64,000 bases of DNA from an uncultured Clostridia bacterium (GTDB lineage: Bacteria > Bacillota > Clostridia > Christensenellales > Pumilibacteraceae). The notes beneath the pieces are model-generated. The model searched no databases. It was not told the origin of the DNA and worked only from the letters and a program-made list of their open reading frames with translations. A program made the position numbers and the translations under genes. Below, piece after piece: positions 34,233-43,752 of this stretch (its first letter is position 1; every line of letters starts with the position of its first letter). The DNA is taken from positions 288 to 64,287 of the forward strand of contig CANRNV010000001.1 of the NCBI GenBank assembly GCA_947632125.1, in the 5' to 3' direction.

Positions 34233-34697
34233 TTATTTTTTTGCCTTTTCTCTGAGATTTTTGAAAAATGACGATAAAACGTACGCACACTCGCTTTCGA
34301 GCACGCCGCCCTCGATCTCCACCTTGTGATTTAGTTCGCTGTCCGTAACATTCATGATAGAGCCGCAGCAACCGTACCGACGGTCGTATGCGCCGAAGTA
34401 CACCTTGCGTATCCGCGAATTGACCATGGCCCCCGCGCACATGGCGCACGGTTCGAGCGTGACATATACGTCGCAGTCGCTGAGGTTCCACCGCCCCAAC
34501 TTTTTGCCCGCCTTTCTTAAAGCGAGTATCTCGGCATGAGCGGTTCCGTCGCTTAAATTGTTGCGTTTATTATATGCTCGAGCCACTATTTTGCCGTCAT
34601 AGACCACGACGGCGCCTACCGGCACTTCGTCCTTTAACGCGGCTTTTTCCGCCTCGCGCAAAGCGGCTTTCATAAACTTTTGATTTTGATCGTACAT
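34233..34697 (-). CDS. tadA: tRNA adenosine(34) deaminase TadA
   Basis: Zinc motifs HAEILAL and PCAMCAGAM. ATG 34697 (MYDQNQKFMKAAL) has GGAG upstream. The track start ATG 34748 lacks an SD and adds a basic 17-aa extension. Confidence 0.9.
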   Translation of the reverse strand: MYDQNQKFMKAALREAEKAALKDEVPVGAVVVYDGKIVARAYNKRNNLSDGTAHAEILALRKAGKKLGRWNLSDCDVYVTLEPCAMCAGAMVNSRIRKVYFGAYDRRYGCCGSIMNVTDSELNHKVEIEGGVLESECAYVLSSFFKNLREKAKK

Positions 34698-34782
34698 TTG
34701 ATTGCTCCGATGATTGTTCCGAGTTTTATTCTTGATTATGTCTGACATAATCAGCGGAATATCGATAAAATCGGCGCATTTT

Positions 34783-35607
34783 CTACCGATTTTTTATTAT
34801 TTTCGCAATTTCAAGCGGAAGATCGAGATTGAGCCGAATATCCTCCTCGATGTCCTCCTCAAAAGCGGGATGGGTAAGAGCGTCGCTCCCAAGCTCGATC
34901 GTCACGGCGGGGATACCGCGTGTAACGCACCAATCCTTGTATCCGCCCGCGCTGCCCAGGTCGCCGTCGACGAGCGTGTAACTTAGGTAAGAAGCGATAA
35001 AGGCGGCTATGCTCCTATCCCGTCGATCCGACCCGTCGAACTCCCAATACACCTCTCTGCCGAGTTCGTGATAACTCACGGTAAAGGCGGGTTCGACCTT
35101 TTGAGTGAACGCACAGAGCGACCTCGTTTCGGGCTCGCTGAGCGGAAACGCGCCTATGTAGCCGTGAGGCGCGGGCTTAAACTTGTTGCCCTTGCCCATG
35201 CCCCACCGCGCGGGAAAGTTGACGTTGAGGTCGACGGCTCGGGCGTTGGCTTTCCACAGCGAAAAGTCGTCGCCGCCATTGACTTTTTTCAGCCACTCGG
35301 CGTTGGGCAGTCCCTCCGCGCCCTTTTCGAGCAATATCGCTCCGTCGGGATTGAGCATGGGCAAAAAGTAAAAGCCGACGGGAAGTTCCGCCTCGGCGAA
35401 CCGAAAAGCCTGCCGCATGACAAGGGCGCACGAGCCGTTTTCGCGAGCATGGAGCCCGCCCGTTACGATAACCTGCTTTCCCTCGCACGGTCCGTCGTGG
35501 ACGAAAAAAAGGTCCGAGCCGCACAGCGACTTTCCTATACTGCCCGTGCTTACGCCGGCTCCGCGCAAAGAGGAAATGTCTTTTTCAAGACGGGAATATG
35601 TGTACAT
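34783..35607 (-). CDS. M14-family zinc carboxypeptidase (gamma-D-glutamyl-meso-diaminopimelate peptidase-like)
   Basis: 274 aa. HxxE zinc motif (GGLHARENG) and a downstream His in TVSYHELG. GGAGG SD. Confidence 0.75.
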   Translation of the reverse strand: MYTYSRLEKDISSLRGAGVSTGSIGKSLCGSDLFFVHDGPCEGKQVIVTGGLHARENGSCALVMRQAFRFAEAELPVGFYFLPMLNPDGAILLEKGAEGLPNAEWLKKVNGGDDFSLWKANARAVDLNVNFPARWGMGKGNKFKPAPHGYIGAFPLSEPETRSLCAFTQKVEPAFTVSYHELGREVYWEFDGSDRRDRSIAAFIASYLSYTLVDGDLGSAGGYKDWCVTRGIPAVTIELGSDALTHPAFEEDIEEDIRLNLDLPLEIAKIIKNR

Positions 35608-35643
35608 ATGTTGCCTCCGATAGCCTTATATGCACCGCTCCCG

Positions 35644-36078
35644 CTATTTGTGATACGGCATACCCTCTTTTATGGTGAACGCTCGGTAAAGCTGTTCGAG
35701 GGCGATCACCCTCATGAGCATATGCGGATATGTCATTTTGCCGAAGCAGATCCTTTTGTCCGCACGTGCCTTTACCCGCTCGTCGACGCCGCACGAGCCG
35801 CCTATGACAAACGAAACGACGTCATGGCGGACAAATGCGCCGCAGATGTATTCCGAAAAGCCCTCGCTCGTCATCATCTCGCCGCTTAGGTCGGCAAGAG
35901 CGACCTCACCGCCGACGGCGGACAAAATATCATCGCTCTCGGCGGAGATCCCGCGATCTTTAAGTTCGCAAATTTCCGCCTTGACAAAGCGGCTCAATCG
36001 TTTGAGATACTCGTTGCACGCGTCAACGAAAAAGGGCTCTTTGAGTTTGCCTACGACCACGAGTTTGAGCTTTTTCAT
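35644..36078 (-). CDS. rlmH: 23S rRNA (pseudouridine1915-N3)-methyltransferase RlmH
   Basis: 144 aa SPOUT protein with N-terminus KLKLVVVGKLKEPFFVDACNEYLKRL and C-terminus TYPHMLMRVIALEQLYRAF. ATGA overlap with the upstream gene. Confidence 0.92.
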   Translation of the reverse strand: MKKLKLVVVGKLKEPFFVDACNEYLKRLSRFVKAEICELKDRGISAESDDILSAVGGEVALADLSGEMMTSEGFSEYICGAFVRHDVVSFVIGGSCGVDERVKARADKRICFGKMTYPHMLMRVIALEQLYRAFTIKEGMPYHK

Positions 36079-37061
36079 AGTCCGAACCCGAAAGTAACTA
36101 TCGTGGAAGCAACGGTCATAACGACCGCACCGAAGTAAAAGGCGTTGTCCCGTAGCGTCGGCTTAAAGCCCGAAGCGGTGACCGAGGCGTTGTACCTAAC
36201 GTAATAGTTGTCCTTATTGCGCTTTGTCAGCTTGACAATGGCAAATACGATAACAAAGGCGAACGCGAAGCACAGCGTCGCAAACGCCGACAGAACGGTA
36301 AACGACGAGGTTATATAGTCGGTAAATGCGGTCGAAATGTAGGCGTCTACGTTGTCGAGGCACAGGCTCAAAAAGTTGTTGGTAAAGTGCACGATGACGG
36401 CGGGGAAAACCGAGCCCGTCCTAAGCACGAGGAAAGCGAGCAAGCCGCCCATGAGCGCGGTGTATAGCAGCTGCGTCGCGTTTTGGTGAAAAAGTCCAAA
36501 GGCGACGGCGATGATGATAACGGTTTTGAGTTCGTCGTAACTGCCCCTCATCGTGGTGATAAATCCGCCCCTGTTTGTGAACTCCTCGCAGATCGCGGGC
36601 AGGACGGAAGTCAGTATGACGGTGGTCAAAAAGTACAGGATGTCGAACTTTGGGGGCATATACGAGCTACCCGACGGATCATAGCCCAGCAGCATCAAAA
36701 ACGCCTGCCAGATTATCGAAAAATACCAGGACAGTCCGAGCACGAAAATTCCCAAAGCAAAGGAAAGCAGACAGATCTTCCAATCGATCTTGCGATAGCC
36801 CGAAAAAGCCATCAATTCGCTTGCGGACTTTTTGAGATAGAACTTATACATTAAAAACGGGAATACAAACAGCACGAGTATCTGACACGGCAAGGTAAAC
36901 GCAACGTCGGTAATGAGTTCCATTGCATCGGCGTCGACCTTATCGATAAGCGCAATACTTAATCCGTAGCCGGCAATTCTGAGCAAAAGCAACAATGCGG
37001 ATATTACGAATATGGTAAATCCGACCGTGCGATATTGTTTTTTGTAAGATAATGCGTCCAT
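36075..37061 (-). CDS. CPBP-family intramembrane glutamic endopeptidase (CAAX/Abi)
   Basis: 328 aa polytopic protein. Motifs CEEFTNRGG (EExxxR), FGLFH (FxxxH) and VHFTNN (HxxxN). Confidence 0.85.
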   Translation of the reverse strand: MDALSYKKQYRTVGFTIFVISALLLLLRIAGYGLSIALIDKVDADAMELITDVAFTLPCQILVLFVFPFLMYKFYLKKSASELMAFSGYRKIDWKICLLSFALGIFVLGLSWYFSIIWQAFLMLLGYDPSGSSYMPPKFDILYFLTTVILTSVLPAICEEFTNRGGFITTMRGSYDELKTVIIIAVAFGLFHQNATQLLYTALMGGLLAFLVLRTGSVFPAVIVHFTNNFLSLCLDNVDAYISTAFTDYITSSFTVLSAFATLCFAFAFVIVFAIVKLTKRNKDNYYVRYNASVTASGFKPTLRDNAFYFGAVVMTVASTIVTFGFGL

Positions 37062-37082
37062 AATTCTCCTAAGCTTTTTTCG

Positions 37083-38231
37083 TCACATTATTGCGCCGGA
37101 TAAAATCCCCGAACCGAGCATAAACAGCCACATCACTGTCGTAAGGCAGAAATAGATAATAAAAGCCTGTTTGTATTTGCCCGTCCTTTCGTTCCCGGCG
37201 AGATAATTTTTCATAAGAGCCTGTTGCAGTTCCACCCTGTCGACAACGATGGGCTCGCCCGTACGGGAATTGTAGCCCCTGACCATAGTGCGGTTTTCCT
37301 CGGTGATGACGGGCGCTTCCTCCCCCTCGAAGATCGGTTCGTTCGTGTTTTCGTCTATCCAAACGACCTTGCGAGCGGTAAACTTTTGCGGATGATTTTT
37401 TCTCTCCGCCTTGTTGAGGTACTTGGACACAAGCCAAATTACGACCGTGCCGACTGCTGGCAAAAGCACGCAGCAAAGCAGCGCAATCAGCACATTGGAG
37501 TCGACCTGCGCGTAAAAGCCGTCTATCGCCGTGCCGAAGTTCGTATTCATAAGGATCAACGCGAAGGCATTGTTCGTTGCATGCATGATCATGCTCGTAA
37601 GAGCGCTCCCCGTCTTGATGACCACGTACGCCATCACCGCGCCAAGGAAAAATTGATATACCGTTTGAGTGGGGTTCATGTGCATGAGCGCAAAGCATAT
37701 CCCCGAGATAAGGCACATCTTTAAGGTGCTCGCGTTTGTCTTATTCATGCCCGAAAGCAGTCCCACCCTAAAGATGAGTTCCTCGCATATGGGAGCGGCA
37801 ATAACGGTGTCGATTATAACCATAATCAACGTAAACGGCGTGGTGGAGATAAATCCCCCCGACATATCCGTAAAGCCGATTTTCGAAAGCAAGCCGGAGA
37901 AAAGAGCGGCAAGCCCCATATAGGAAAAGAGGCAGACGAGCGCGAGAAGCGGAGCCGCCACCGCGCTTGTCACGTTGGTTTTTTTAAGCGGGTTGTAGTC
38001 GCACGAGATGTTTCTCTTTTTGGTGTAGACCAAAAACGCGGCAAGATAAATGCATTCAAACAAAAACGTCCCCAAAAAGTTGACGACCTCATAGGCGACG
38101 CTTCCCTCGCCGACAAGCCCGCCCACTCCGAGTATAACGAGCGTTATTACAAATTGTCCGACAAGCATAGCGACTATGGCTACGAGCATAAGACATGGTC
38201 CATCGTATGCCGAAAACGGCTTTCTATTCAT
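37083..38231 (-). CDS. CPBP-family intramembrane glutamic endopeptidase with a roughly 120-aa C-terminal extension
   Basis: 382 aa. Motifs CEELIFRVG, FALMH and MHATNN. The extra soluble segment is followed by a final TM helix. Confidence 0.85.
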   Translation of the reverse strand: MNRKPFSAYDGPCLMLVAIVAMLVGQFVITLVILGVGGLVGEGSVAYEVVNFLGTFLFECIYLAAFLVYTKKRNISCDYNPLKKTNVTSAVAAPLLALVCLFSYMGLAALFSGLLSKIGFTDMSGGFISTTPFTLIMVIIDTVIAAPICEELIFRVGLLSGMNKTNASTLKMCLISGICFALMHMNPTQTVYQFFLGAVMAYVVIKTGSALTSMIMHATNNAFALILMNTNFGTAIDGFYAQVDSNVLIALLCCVLLPAVGTVVIWLVSKYLNKAERKNHPQKFTARKVVWIDENTNEPIFEGEEAPVITEENRTMVRGYNSRTGEPIVVDRVELQQALMKNYLAGNERTGKYKQAFIIYFCLTTVMWLFMLGSGILSGAIM

Positions 38232-38997
38232 CGCGCACCTCGATTAGTTCACTCATTTTATCCTGATAGGCTACGGACAGCCTCGCCCTCAGCCCCGCCG
38301 CGTCGATCGCGGCTTGTGTCGTGCAAAGAGCTTGCGACGGACTGTTGTTCTCCCTCGAAAGGTGGCAGAGCACGATGTCGCTCGCCCCGCTACGCACGCA
38401 TCTTACCACGGCGGCGGCGCAAGCACTGTTGCTGAGGTGCCCTTGCCCTGACAAGATCCGCCTTTTGAGCATATAGGAGTATCTGTCGTTAGCCAAAAGC
38501 ATCTTTTCGTCGTGATTTGCCTCGATAAAGACGGCTTTGCTGCCGGCGATTCGATCGAGGTTCTCGCTTGTGACAGCGCCCGTGTCGGTGAGGACGCTCA
38601 CCTTTTTGCCCATATTTATAAGGCTGAACCCCACGCACGGAACGTCGTGGCTTAGCCTAAACGGCGAAACGGTGATGTCGCCGACGTAAAAGTCGCCGTC
38701 AAACGGAACAAGCTTGTCGTACCCGCCGAGCATGGCGTTGACCTGCCCGAAGATCGAGGCGTGGACAAAGACGCTCGGCGAAAAATTCGACACGAGCCTC
38801 CTTAGATGCGCCACGTGGTCGGAGTGGGTGTGCGTAACAAGCACATTCGGGTTTTTACCGGCGCCCACGGCGGCAAGACACTCCTTGATACGTTTAAGGC
38901 ATATTCCCGCGTCGATGAGGATGTCGGTGGTATCGCTCGCCACATATATGCAATTGCCCGCGCTTCCGCTTGCGAAGCTGCAAACTCTAAGAGCCAT
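38224..38997 (-). CDS. MBL-fold metallo-hydrolase, YycJ/WalJ-like
   Basis: ATG 38997 (MALRVCSFASGSAGNCIYV) parallels the Bacillus YycJ N-terminus. HTHSDH motif present. The longer track ORF overlaps the upstream gene. Confidence 0.85.
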   Translation of the reverse strand: MALRVCSFASGSAGNCIYVASDTTDILIDAGICLKRIKECLAAVGAGKNPNVLVTHTHSDHVAHLRRLVSNFSPSVFVHASIFGQVNAMLGGYDKLVPFDGDFYVGDITVSPFRLSHDVPCVGFSLINMGKKVSVLTDTGAVTSENLDRIAGSKAVFIEANHDEKMLLANDRYSYMLKRRILSGQGHLSNSACAAAVVRCVRSGASDIVLCHLSRENNSPSQALCTTQAAIDAAGLRARLSVAYQDKMSELIEVRDE

Positions 38998-39524
38998 CAG
39001 TCCAAAAACACGACTTTGCCGTCGCGTTGCTTTGGCGTAGGCAAAACGTAATAGTACCCTACGCTCAGTCCCGCGTAAGGACGACTGCCCTTTTCCGCAC
39101 ACAATATCGACAAGACCTCTTTTGAGGAAAAGTCGTAAAATTGATTTATCCAACAAGCCCCCAGCCCGAGTTCGGTTGCCGCAAGGTACATGTTTTCCAT
39201 GACGCAGCCCGTGTTCTGCTCGGGCAAAACCGACTTAGTCCCAAACGAAACGACGATAAGAGCCTTGCAGCCCCTCACAAAATCGAACTTTCCGTCACGC
39301 ATAAAGTTGGGGTGCATACTGCTCGGCATACTCTTTTTCATTGCGCTGTTGAGCCTATTCAGCCTTTCACCCGTCACGACCGTAAGGGTGATGTCCCTCG
39401 AGTTCATAGCCGTGGGGGCGTTTAGTCCCGCTTCGCAAATAGCGTCAAGCTTTTCCCTTTCGACCTCTTTTCCGTTAAAATTCCTTACGCTTATTCGGCG
39501 TTTGATACATTCGAGAGTGTTCAT
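38997..39524 (-). CDS. Nitroreductase family protein
   Basis: 175 aa from ATG 39524. IKRRISVRNF is a typical nitroreductase N-terminus. ATGA overlap with the FmdB-like gene. Confidence 0.8.
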   Translation of the reverse strand: MNTLECIKRRISVRNFNGKEVEREKLDAICEAGLNAPTAMNSRDITLTVVTGERLNRLNSAMKKSMPSSMHPNFMRDGKFDFVRGCKALIVVSFGTKSVLPEQNTGCVMENMYLAATELGLGACWINQFYDFSSKEVLSILCAEKGSRPYAGLSVGYYYVLPTPKQRDGKVVFLD

Positions 39525-39718
39525 TTGTTGCAACCTCCGCAGCACGAGCAGTCGCCGGAGCATTCGCCCTTATGAGCATGATTGACGAAAAGTTCGCCGC
39601 TGTACACCTGTTCGGTCTTTCCCCCACATTCTCTGCACGGCGGATAAACTCCGTCCGCCTTTACAAGTTCTTCAAAAACTTTTCCGCATTTTACGCATTT
39701 CAATTCGATAAGCGGCAT
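39521..39718 (-). CDS. FmdB-family zinc-ribbon protein
   Basis: 65 aa. MPLIELKCVKCGKVFEEL...CRECGG has the two CxxC pairs typical of the FmdB family, followed by a Cys-rich tail. ATG 39718 follows GGAGGAA. Confidence 0.8.
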   Translation of the reverse strand: MPLIELKCVKCGKVFEELVKADGVYPPCRECGGKTEQVYSGELFVNHAHKGECSGDCSCCGGCNK

Positions 39719-39737
39719 AATAAATTCCTCCGATATC

Positions 39738-39766
39738 ATTTTAGCATATTTACGTAAGTATGTCAA
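39738..39766 (-). promoter_or_regulatory. Sigma-A promoter of the FmdB-to-rlmH gene train
   Basis: Minus strand TTGACA (39766-39761), 17-nt spacer, TAAAAT (39743-39738), with a TGc extended -10. Confidence 0.65.
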
Positions 39767-39862
39767 GCCTTAGCTTATAAGTATAAAGTATAAAGCATTG
39801 GCTATAAACCCGAATAAGCAAATAAAAAACGAGAAAGAGCCTTTACGCTCTTCCCCGAAATC

Positions 39863-40190
39863 GCCGAGTATGGTCTGTAAGCCGAGTTCTGTATTTGGCG
39901 GTTATCTATCTTGACTCAGCGTTGCCGCTGAGTTCGAGCGATACTGTAAGGCGGGCAAAACAACCCTTATTGCCTTAACAATCTTGTACCGAATGGGGTT
40001 TACATGTGCCCTAAGCGTTGCCGCCGAGGCGGTGAGCTCTTACCTCGCCTTTCCACCCTTACCCGAAAAACGGGCGGTCTATTTCTGTTGCACTTTCCTT
40101 AAAGTCGCCTTCACCGGTAATTAGCCGGCATTCTGTTTTGCGGTACTCGGACTTTCCTCGTTAAAAACGCAACCGCCCGACCATCTCGAC
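39863..40190 (-). ncRNA. rnpB: RNase P RNA (M1/rnpB)
   Basis: Minus strand carries CGAGGAAAGUCCGAG (CR-I), GGUAAGGGUGGAAAGGCGAGGUAAGAGCUCACC (CR-IV region) and ACAGAACUCGGCUUACAG (CR-V). P1 pairs GUCGAGAUGGUC with GACCAUACUCGGC. A weak hairpin and T-run lie downstream (39824-39852). Confidence 0.9.
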
Positions 40191-40196
40191 ATATAT

Positions 40197-40225
40197 ATTT
40201 TAACACATTCGTCCGCATTTGGCAA
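40197..40225 (-). promoter_or_regulatory. rnpB promoter
   Basis: Minus strand TTGCCA (40225-40220), 17-nt spacer, TAAAAT (40202-40197), with a TGt extended -10. The predicted +1 (7th nt after the -10) coincides with the first P1 nucleotide, 40190. Confidence 0.7.
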
Positions 40226-40230
40226 GCGAT

Positions 40231-40911
40231 TCAGCAAAATTCCTTGCTCAGCTTGCCGATAGCTTTCTTCTCGATACGGGAAACGTACGAGCGGGATATT
40301 CCCAGCCGCTCGGCAATTTGAATTTGCGTGAGTTGCGGCTTGCCTATCCCGTACCTGTAACAGATGATCAGCTTCTCCCGCTTGTCAAGCACCTTATCCA
40401 TCACTTCGAGCACTTGACCGAAAAGCACCTTGGCTTCCACCTTGTTAAAGGCGTTTTCGCCATGCGAGGGCAATATGTCCATAAGCGTGATCTCGTTGCC
40501 GTCCTTGTCGGTGCCGACGGGCTCGCCTATGCTGACCGCGCTCCGATGCTTTTTGTTTGCACGTATGTACATAAGTATCTCGTTGTCGATACACTTGGCG
40601 CAATAGGTGGCAAGCTGACTGCCCTTGCCGTACTCGAACGTTTCGATGCCCTTGATAAGCCCTATGCTGCCCACCGAAATGAGGTCATCGGCTTCACCCG
40701 CGCTGCTGTACTTTTTTACGATGTGGGCGACAAGGCGCAGGTTGTGCCTTATAAGCAGCTCCCTCGCCTCCAAGTCGCCTTGCTTCGCCTTGGTCAAGTA
40801 CTCCCGCTCCTTTTCGGGCGAAAGCGGCTTGGGGAACGATCCCTTGTTGTTGACAAAGGACGTAAAACAAAAGATCTTACTTAAAAATGCCAAAAAGGTT
40901 TCTACTATCAC
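40231..40911 (-). CDS. sigK: Sporulation sigma factor SigK (pro-sigma-K), uninterrupted
   Basis: 226 aa with a GTG start after GGAAGGAG. SFVNNKGSFPKPL matches the pro-sequence junction (Bacillus YVKNNAFPQPL). HNLRLVAHIVKKY, IGLIKGIETF and ISRSYVSRIEKKA match SigK rather than SigE. Confidence 0.88.
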   Translation of the reverse strand: MIVETFLAFLSKIFCFTSFVNNKGSFPKPLSPEKEREYLTKAKQGDLEARELLIRHNLRLVAHIVKKYSSAGEADDLISVGSIGLIKGIETFEYGKGSQLATYCAKCIDNEILMYIRANKKHRSAVSIGEPVGTDKDGNEITLMDILPSHGENAFNKVEAKVLFGQVLEVMDKVLDKREKLIICYRYGIGKPQLTQIQIAERLGISRSYVSRIEKKAIGKLSKEFC

Positions 40912-40988
40912 GGTAAACTCCTTCCGTACAATATATGACCTTTTCCGACATAAAATTACAGTCTTTCGACAATTTTTCGATCAAAAAA

Positions 40989-41011
40989 GCTGCCGCATTT
41001 CGTGCGACAGC
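40989..41011. terminator. Terminator after the tryptophanase-like gene
   Basis: GCTGCCGCA-tttcg-TGCGACAGC flanked by A6 and T7, so it is usable on both strands. Confidence 0.75.
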
Positions 41012-41067
41012 CTCTTTTTTTATTTGCTTTTATCGGTTTTTTGCAACCGTTATCAAGGCGATAAAGG

Positions 41068-42447
41068 TTATTTAAGCAATTCGAGTTTGCCCGTGAAGTG
41101 ACGAAGCACGGGAGCTTCCTCGACGATTTTAAGACCCTTGATCTTGTCGGCGTCCTTCTTGACGGCGACGAGGGCATTGATGATGATGTCGAGATGTGCC
41201 TGGGTGTACACTCTGCGGGGAATGCAAAGCCTTGTAAATTCGAATTGAGCTTCCTGCTCCTTGTGGGTGACGGGATCGCGGTCGAGCATATAAGAGCCGA
41301 TATCGCAGCCACGTATACCTGCCTCGATGTAAAGTGCGACGGCGAGAGCCTGAGCGGGATACTGATACCAAGGAATATGGGGGAGCATCTTCTTTGCGTC
41401 GATGAAGATGGCGTGACCGCCGACGGGCGATTGATAAGCGATGCCCTCTTCGTCGAGGCGAGCAGCCAAATATTCGAGCTGACCTATTCTGTATTTAAGG
41501 AAGTCCTCTTCGATGCCCTCTTTAAGACCGATGGCAAGCGCTTCGAGGTCACGACCGGACATACCGCCGTAGGTCACGAAGCCCTCGAAAGAGATGCAGC
41601 GTTGCTTGATTTTTTCGAACATAGCCTTATCTCTCGTGCCAAGCAAGCCGCCCATATTGACGATGGCGTCTTTCTTTGCCGACATGGTGAAGTAGTCGGC
41701 GTCTTTGAAGCACTCGTTTATGATCTGCTTAATGGAAGCGTTTTTGAACTCTTCCTCACGCTGCTTGATGAACCAAGCGTTTTCGGCATAACGAGCGGAG
41801 TCGATCATAAACGGAATGCCGTACTTATGAGCGATCTTAGCCGTTTCCCTGATGTTGGCTACCGAAACGGGCTGACCGCCTGCCGAGTTGTTGGTTATGG
41901 TCATGATTATGACGCCGATATTGTCCTTGCCGTACTGCTCGATGAGTTCGACAAGCTTTTTGCAGTCCATATTGCCCTTGAAAGGTACGCGGAGCGAGGT
42001 GTCGAGCGCCTCGGGAACGACGCAGTCGATGGGAATACCGCCCGCCATTACGGCATGACCTCTCGTCGTGTCGAAGAACATATTGGCGATAGCGTATCTT
42101 TTGCCCTCGAGAAGAAGCGGCATAAGCACTTTTTCGGCAGCACGTCCTTGGTGAACGGGCTGAATGTACGGGAAGCCGAAAATCTCGGTTGCACTTGCGA
42201 TCACGTGTTGATAGCTTGTTGCGCCCGCATAGGACTCGTCGCCGAGCATGACGCCCGCCCATTGATTGGCGCTCATGGCGTTGGTGCCGCTGTCGGTAAG
42301 GCAGTCGATATATACATCCTGCGAGTTAAGTCCGAAGAGGTTGTAGTGAGCGTCCTTGATTTTTTGCTCTCTCTCTTTGCGAGTGAGCATTTTAAGCGGT
42401 TCGACGCTTTTGATTCTGAACGGTTCGGGAATGTAAGTCGGTTTCAT
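41068..42447 (-). CDS. tnaA: Tryptophanase / tyrosine phenol-lyase family PLP enzyme (beta-eliminating lyase), overall more TnaA-like
   Basis: 459 aa. [53 protein letters not shown]-lysine context [13 protein letters not shown], and VLRHFTGKL. The N-terminus also resembles TPL, so substrate is not resolved. Confidence 0.8.
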   Translation of the reverse strand: MKPTYIPEPFRIKSVEPLKMLTRKEREQKIKDAHYNLFGLNSQDVYIDCLTDSGTNAMSANQWAGVMLGDESYAGATSYQHVIASATEIFGFPYIQPVHQGRAAEKVLMPLLLEGKRYAIANMFFDTTRGHAVMAGGIPIDCVVPEALDTSLRVPFKGNMDCKKLVELIEQYGKDNIGVIIMTITNNSAGGQPVSVANIRETAKIAHKYGIPFMIDSARYAENAWFIKQREEEFKNASIKQIINECFKDADYFTMSAKKDAIVNMGGLLGTRDKAMFEKIKQRCISFEGFVTYGGMSGRDLEALAIGLKEGIEEDFLKYRIGQLEYLAARLDEEGIAYQSPVGGHAIFIDAKKMLPHIPWYQYPAQALAVALYIEAGIRGCDIGSYMLDRDPVTHKEQEAQFEFTRLCIPRRVYTQAHLDIIINALVAVKKDADKIKGLKIVEEAPVLRHFTGKLELLK

Positions 42448-42528
42448 AAAACAATATCTCCTTTTATTTGATTTTACAGTATTATTGTAACATTTTTGTT
42501 CAAAAAAAGCAAGATGTTTTTATTACAA

Positions 42529-43752
42529 TCAAACCACTTCGACATTTATTTTGTATTCCACTTGGACATTTTTTACGAAATCCTCTTTGAAATCGTATTT
42601 TTTGTACTCTTTGTAACATTGCTTGTAAAAAGCCGTTTCGATCCCGAGCACGTCGGCATTGAGTTCGACGCCTGCGGTAAGCGCGTCCTCTATCTCCGAT
42701 TTGACGATCTCCTTTACCCTCTTTTCAAGCGCAGCCCTCACCTCTTGCTTGCTCGCGAAGATCCCCTCTTTGGAAATGTTGAAGCTTGTTTCGGTGTCGA
42801 GCGCCATATCCACCTCGGCGGTGATCACGGGCTTACCATCCATGAACTTCGCTTTTAGCTTTGCTTCCTTTTTTCGGACCTGCATGGGGACATAGTCAAT
42901 CGCCTTGCCGCCGATGACGACGTTGTCGGCTTCGAAATAGCCCTTGTTGCTCTTCGTATCGAACATACTCAGCCCCTTGGTTCCGAGTGGGGACAATTCG
43001 CCCACCGCCTTACCCTTTTTGTAGACGGCACACTTATTGAGCTCCTTTATCATTGGTGACTTCTCTTCGCCGCCCGAGCCGCCTCCGCCCGAGCCGCCTC
43101 CGCTCGATCCGCCGGAGTCCGAACCGCCCGAGCCTCCGCCTCCGAACTCCTGCATTTCGAAGTCGATGATGGGCAGTGACGACGCGCCCGAGGGCAGGTC
43201 GTTTTCGGACAGGAATTTCAGAGCCGAAATGACCCTTACGTTTATCGAGTCCTCCGAGTAGCTGACAACGTCAAACACGCCCGAGCCGTTGGTCTGAGAG
43301 AACTTGTTGAGTTTTTGCATAAAGTCCTTAGCCGAGCCGCCGCAGCTCAAAACGGAGATCTGAGGCGAGATCATACTGCTCGACAGCATATAGTCGAGGT
43401 CCTCGATAAACCCGCCCTTTGACATCTCCTCGCCGATAAGGATTATGCCGCAATGGGCAAGTTCGATTTCGAGCCCGATTTTTACCGACAATCGTTCGAA
43501 AGCGTCGGCGATATCCTTGCCCTCCGCCTCGGTAACGAGCAGCTTAGCCGAGCCGTCCGCCTGCTGCTGAGGAATGGTCATTTGGACGAAGATATGCGTC
43601 TTGTCGTCCTTTCTGTCGAACGCCACCACGGTGACCGCCGTCTTTGCCTCGACCGAGGGCGAGTTTTCAAGCGGGAAAATGACCGTCAAAAAGGCGAAAA
43701 CGAATATGGCGATCTTAATTATCAGAATTTTCTTGTCCCGAGTTAACCTCAT
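42529..43752 (-). CDS. Germinant receptor C subunit (Ger(x)C family), atypical
   Basis: 407 aa, third gene of a gerA-type operon. The N-terminal hydrophobic anchor has no lipobox Cys. A Gly/Ser-rich insert (GGGGSGGSDSGGSSGGGSGGGGSGG) is encoded near 43064-43147. Confidence 0.7.
   Translation of the reverse strand: MRLTRDKKILIIKIAIFVFAFLTVIFPLENSPSVEAKTAVTVVAFDRKDDKTHIFVQMTIPQQQADGSAKLLVTEAEGKDIADAFERLSVKIGLEIELAHCGIILIGEEMSKGGFIEDLDYMLSSSMISPQISVLSCGGSAKDFMQKLNKFSQTNGSGVFDVVSYSEDSINVRVISALKFLSENDLPSGASSLPIIDFEMQEFGGGGSGGSDSGGSSGGGSGGGGSGGEEKSPMIKELNKCAVYKKGKAVGELSPLGTKGLSMFDTKSNKGYFEADNVVIGGKAIDYVPMQVRKKEAKLKAKFMDGKPVITAEVDMALDTETSFNISKEGIFASKQEVRAALEKRVKEIVKSEIEDALTAGVELNADVLGIETAFYKQCYKEYKKYDFKEDFVKNVQVEYKINVEVV

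Noticed and set aside
40231-40911. A skin-like prophage remnant interrupting sigK, and mobile elements in general.
   Set aside because: sigK is a single intact 226-aa ORF. I saw no recombinase, transposase, integrase or phage structural genes anywhere in the window.
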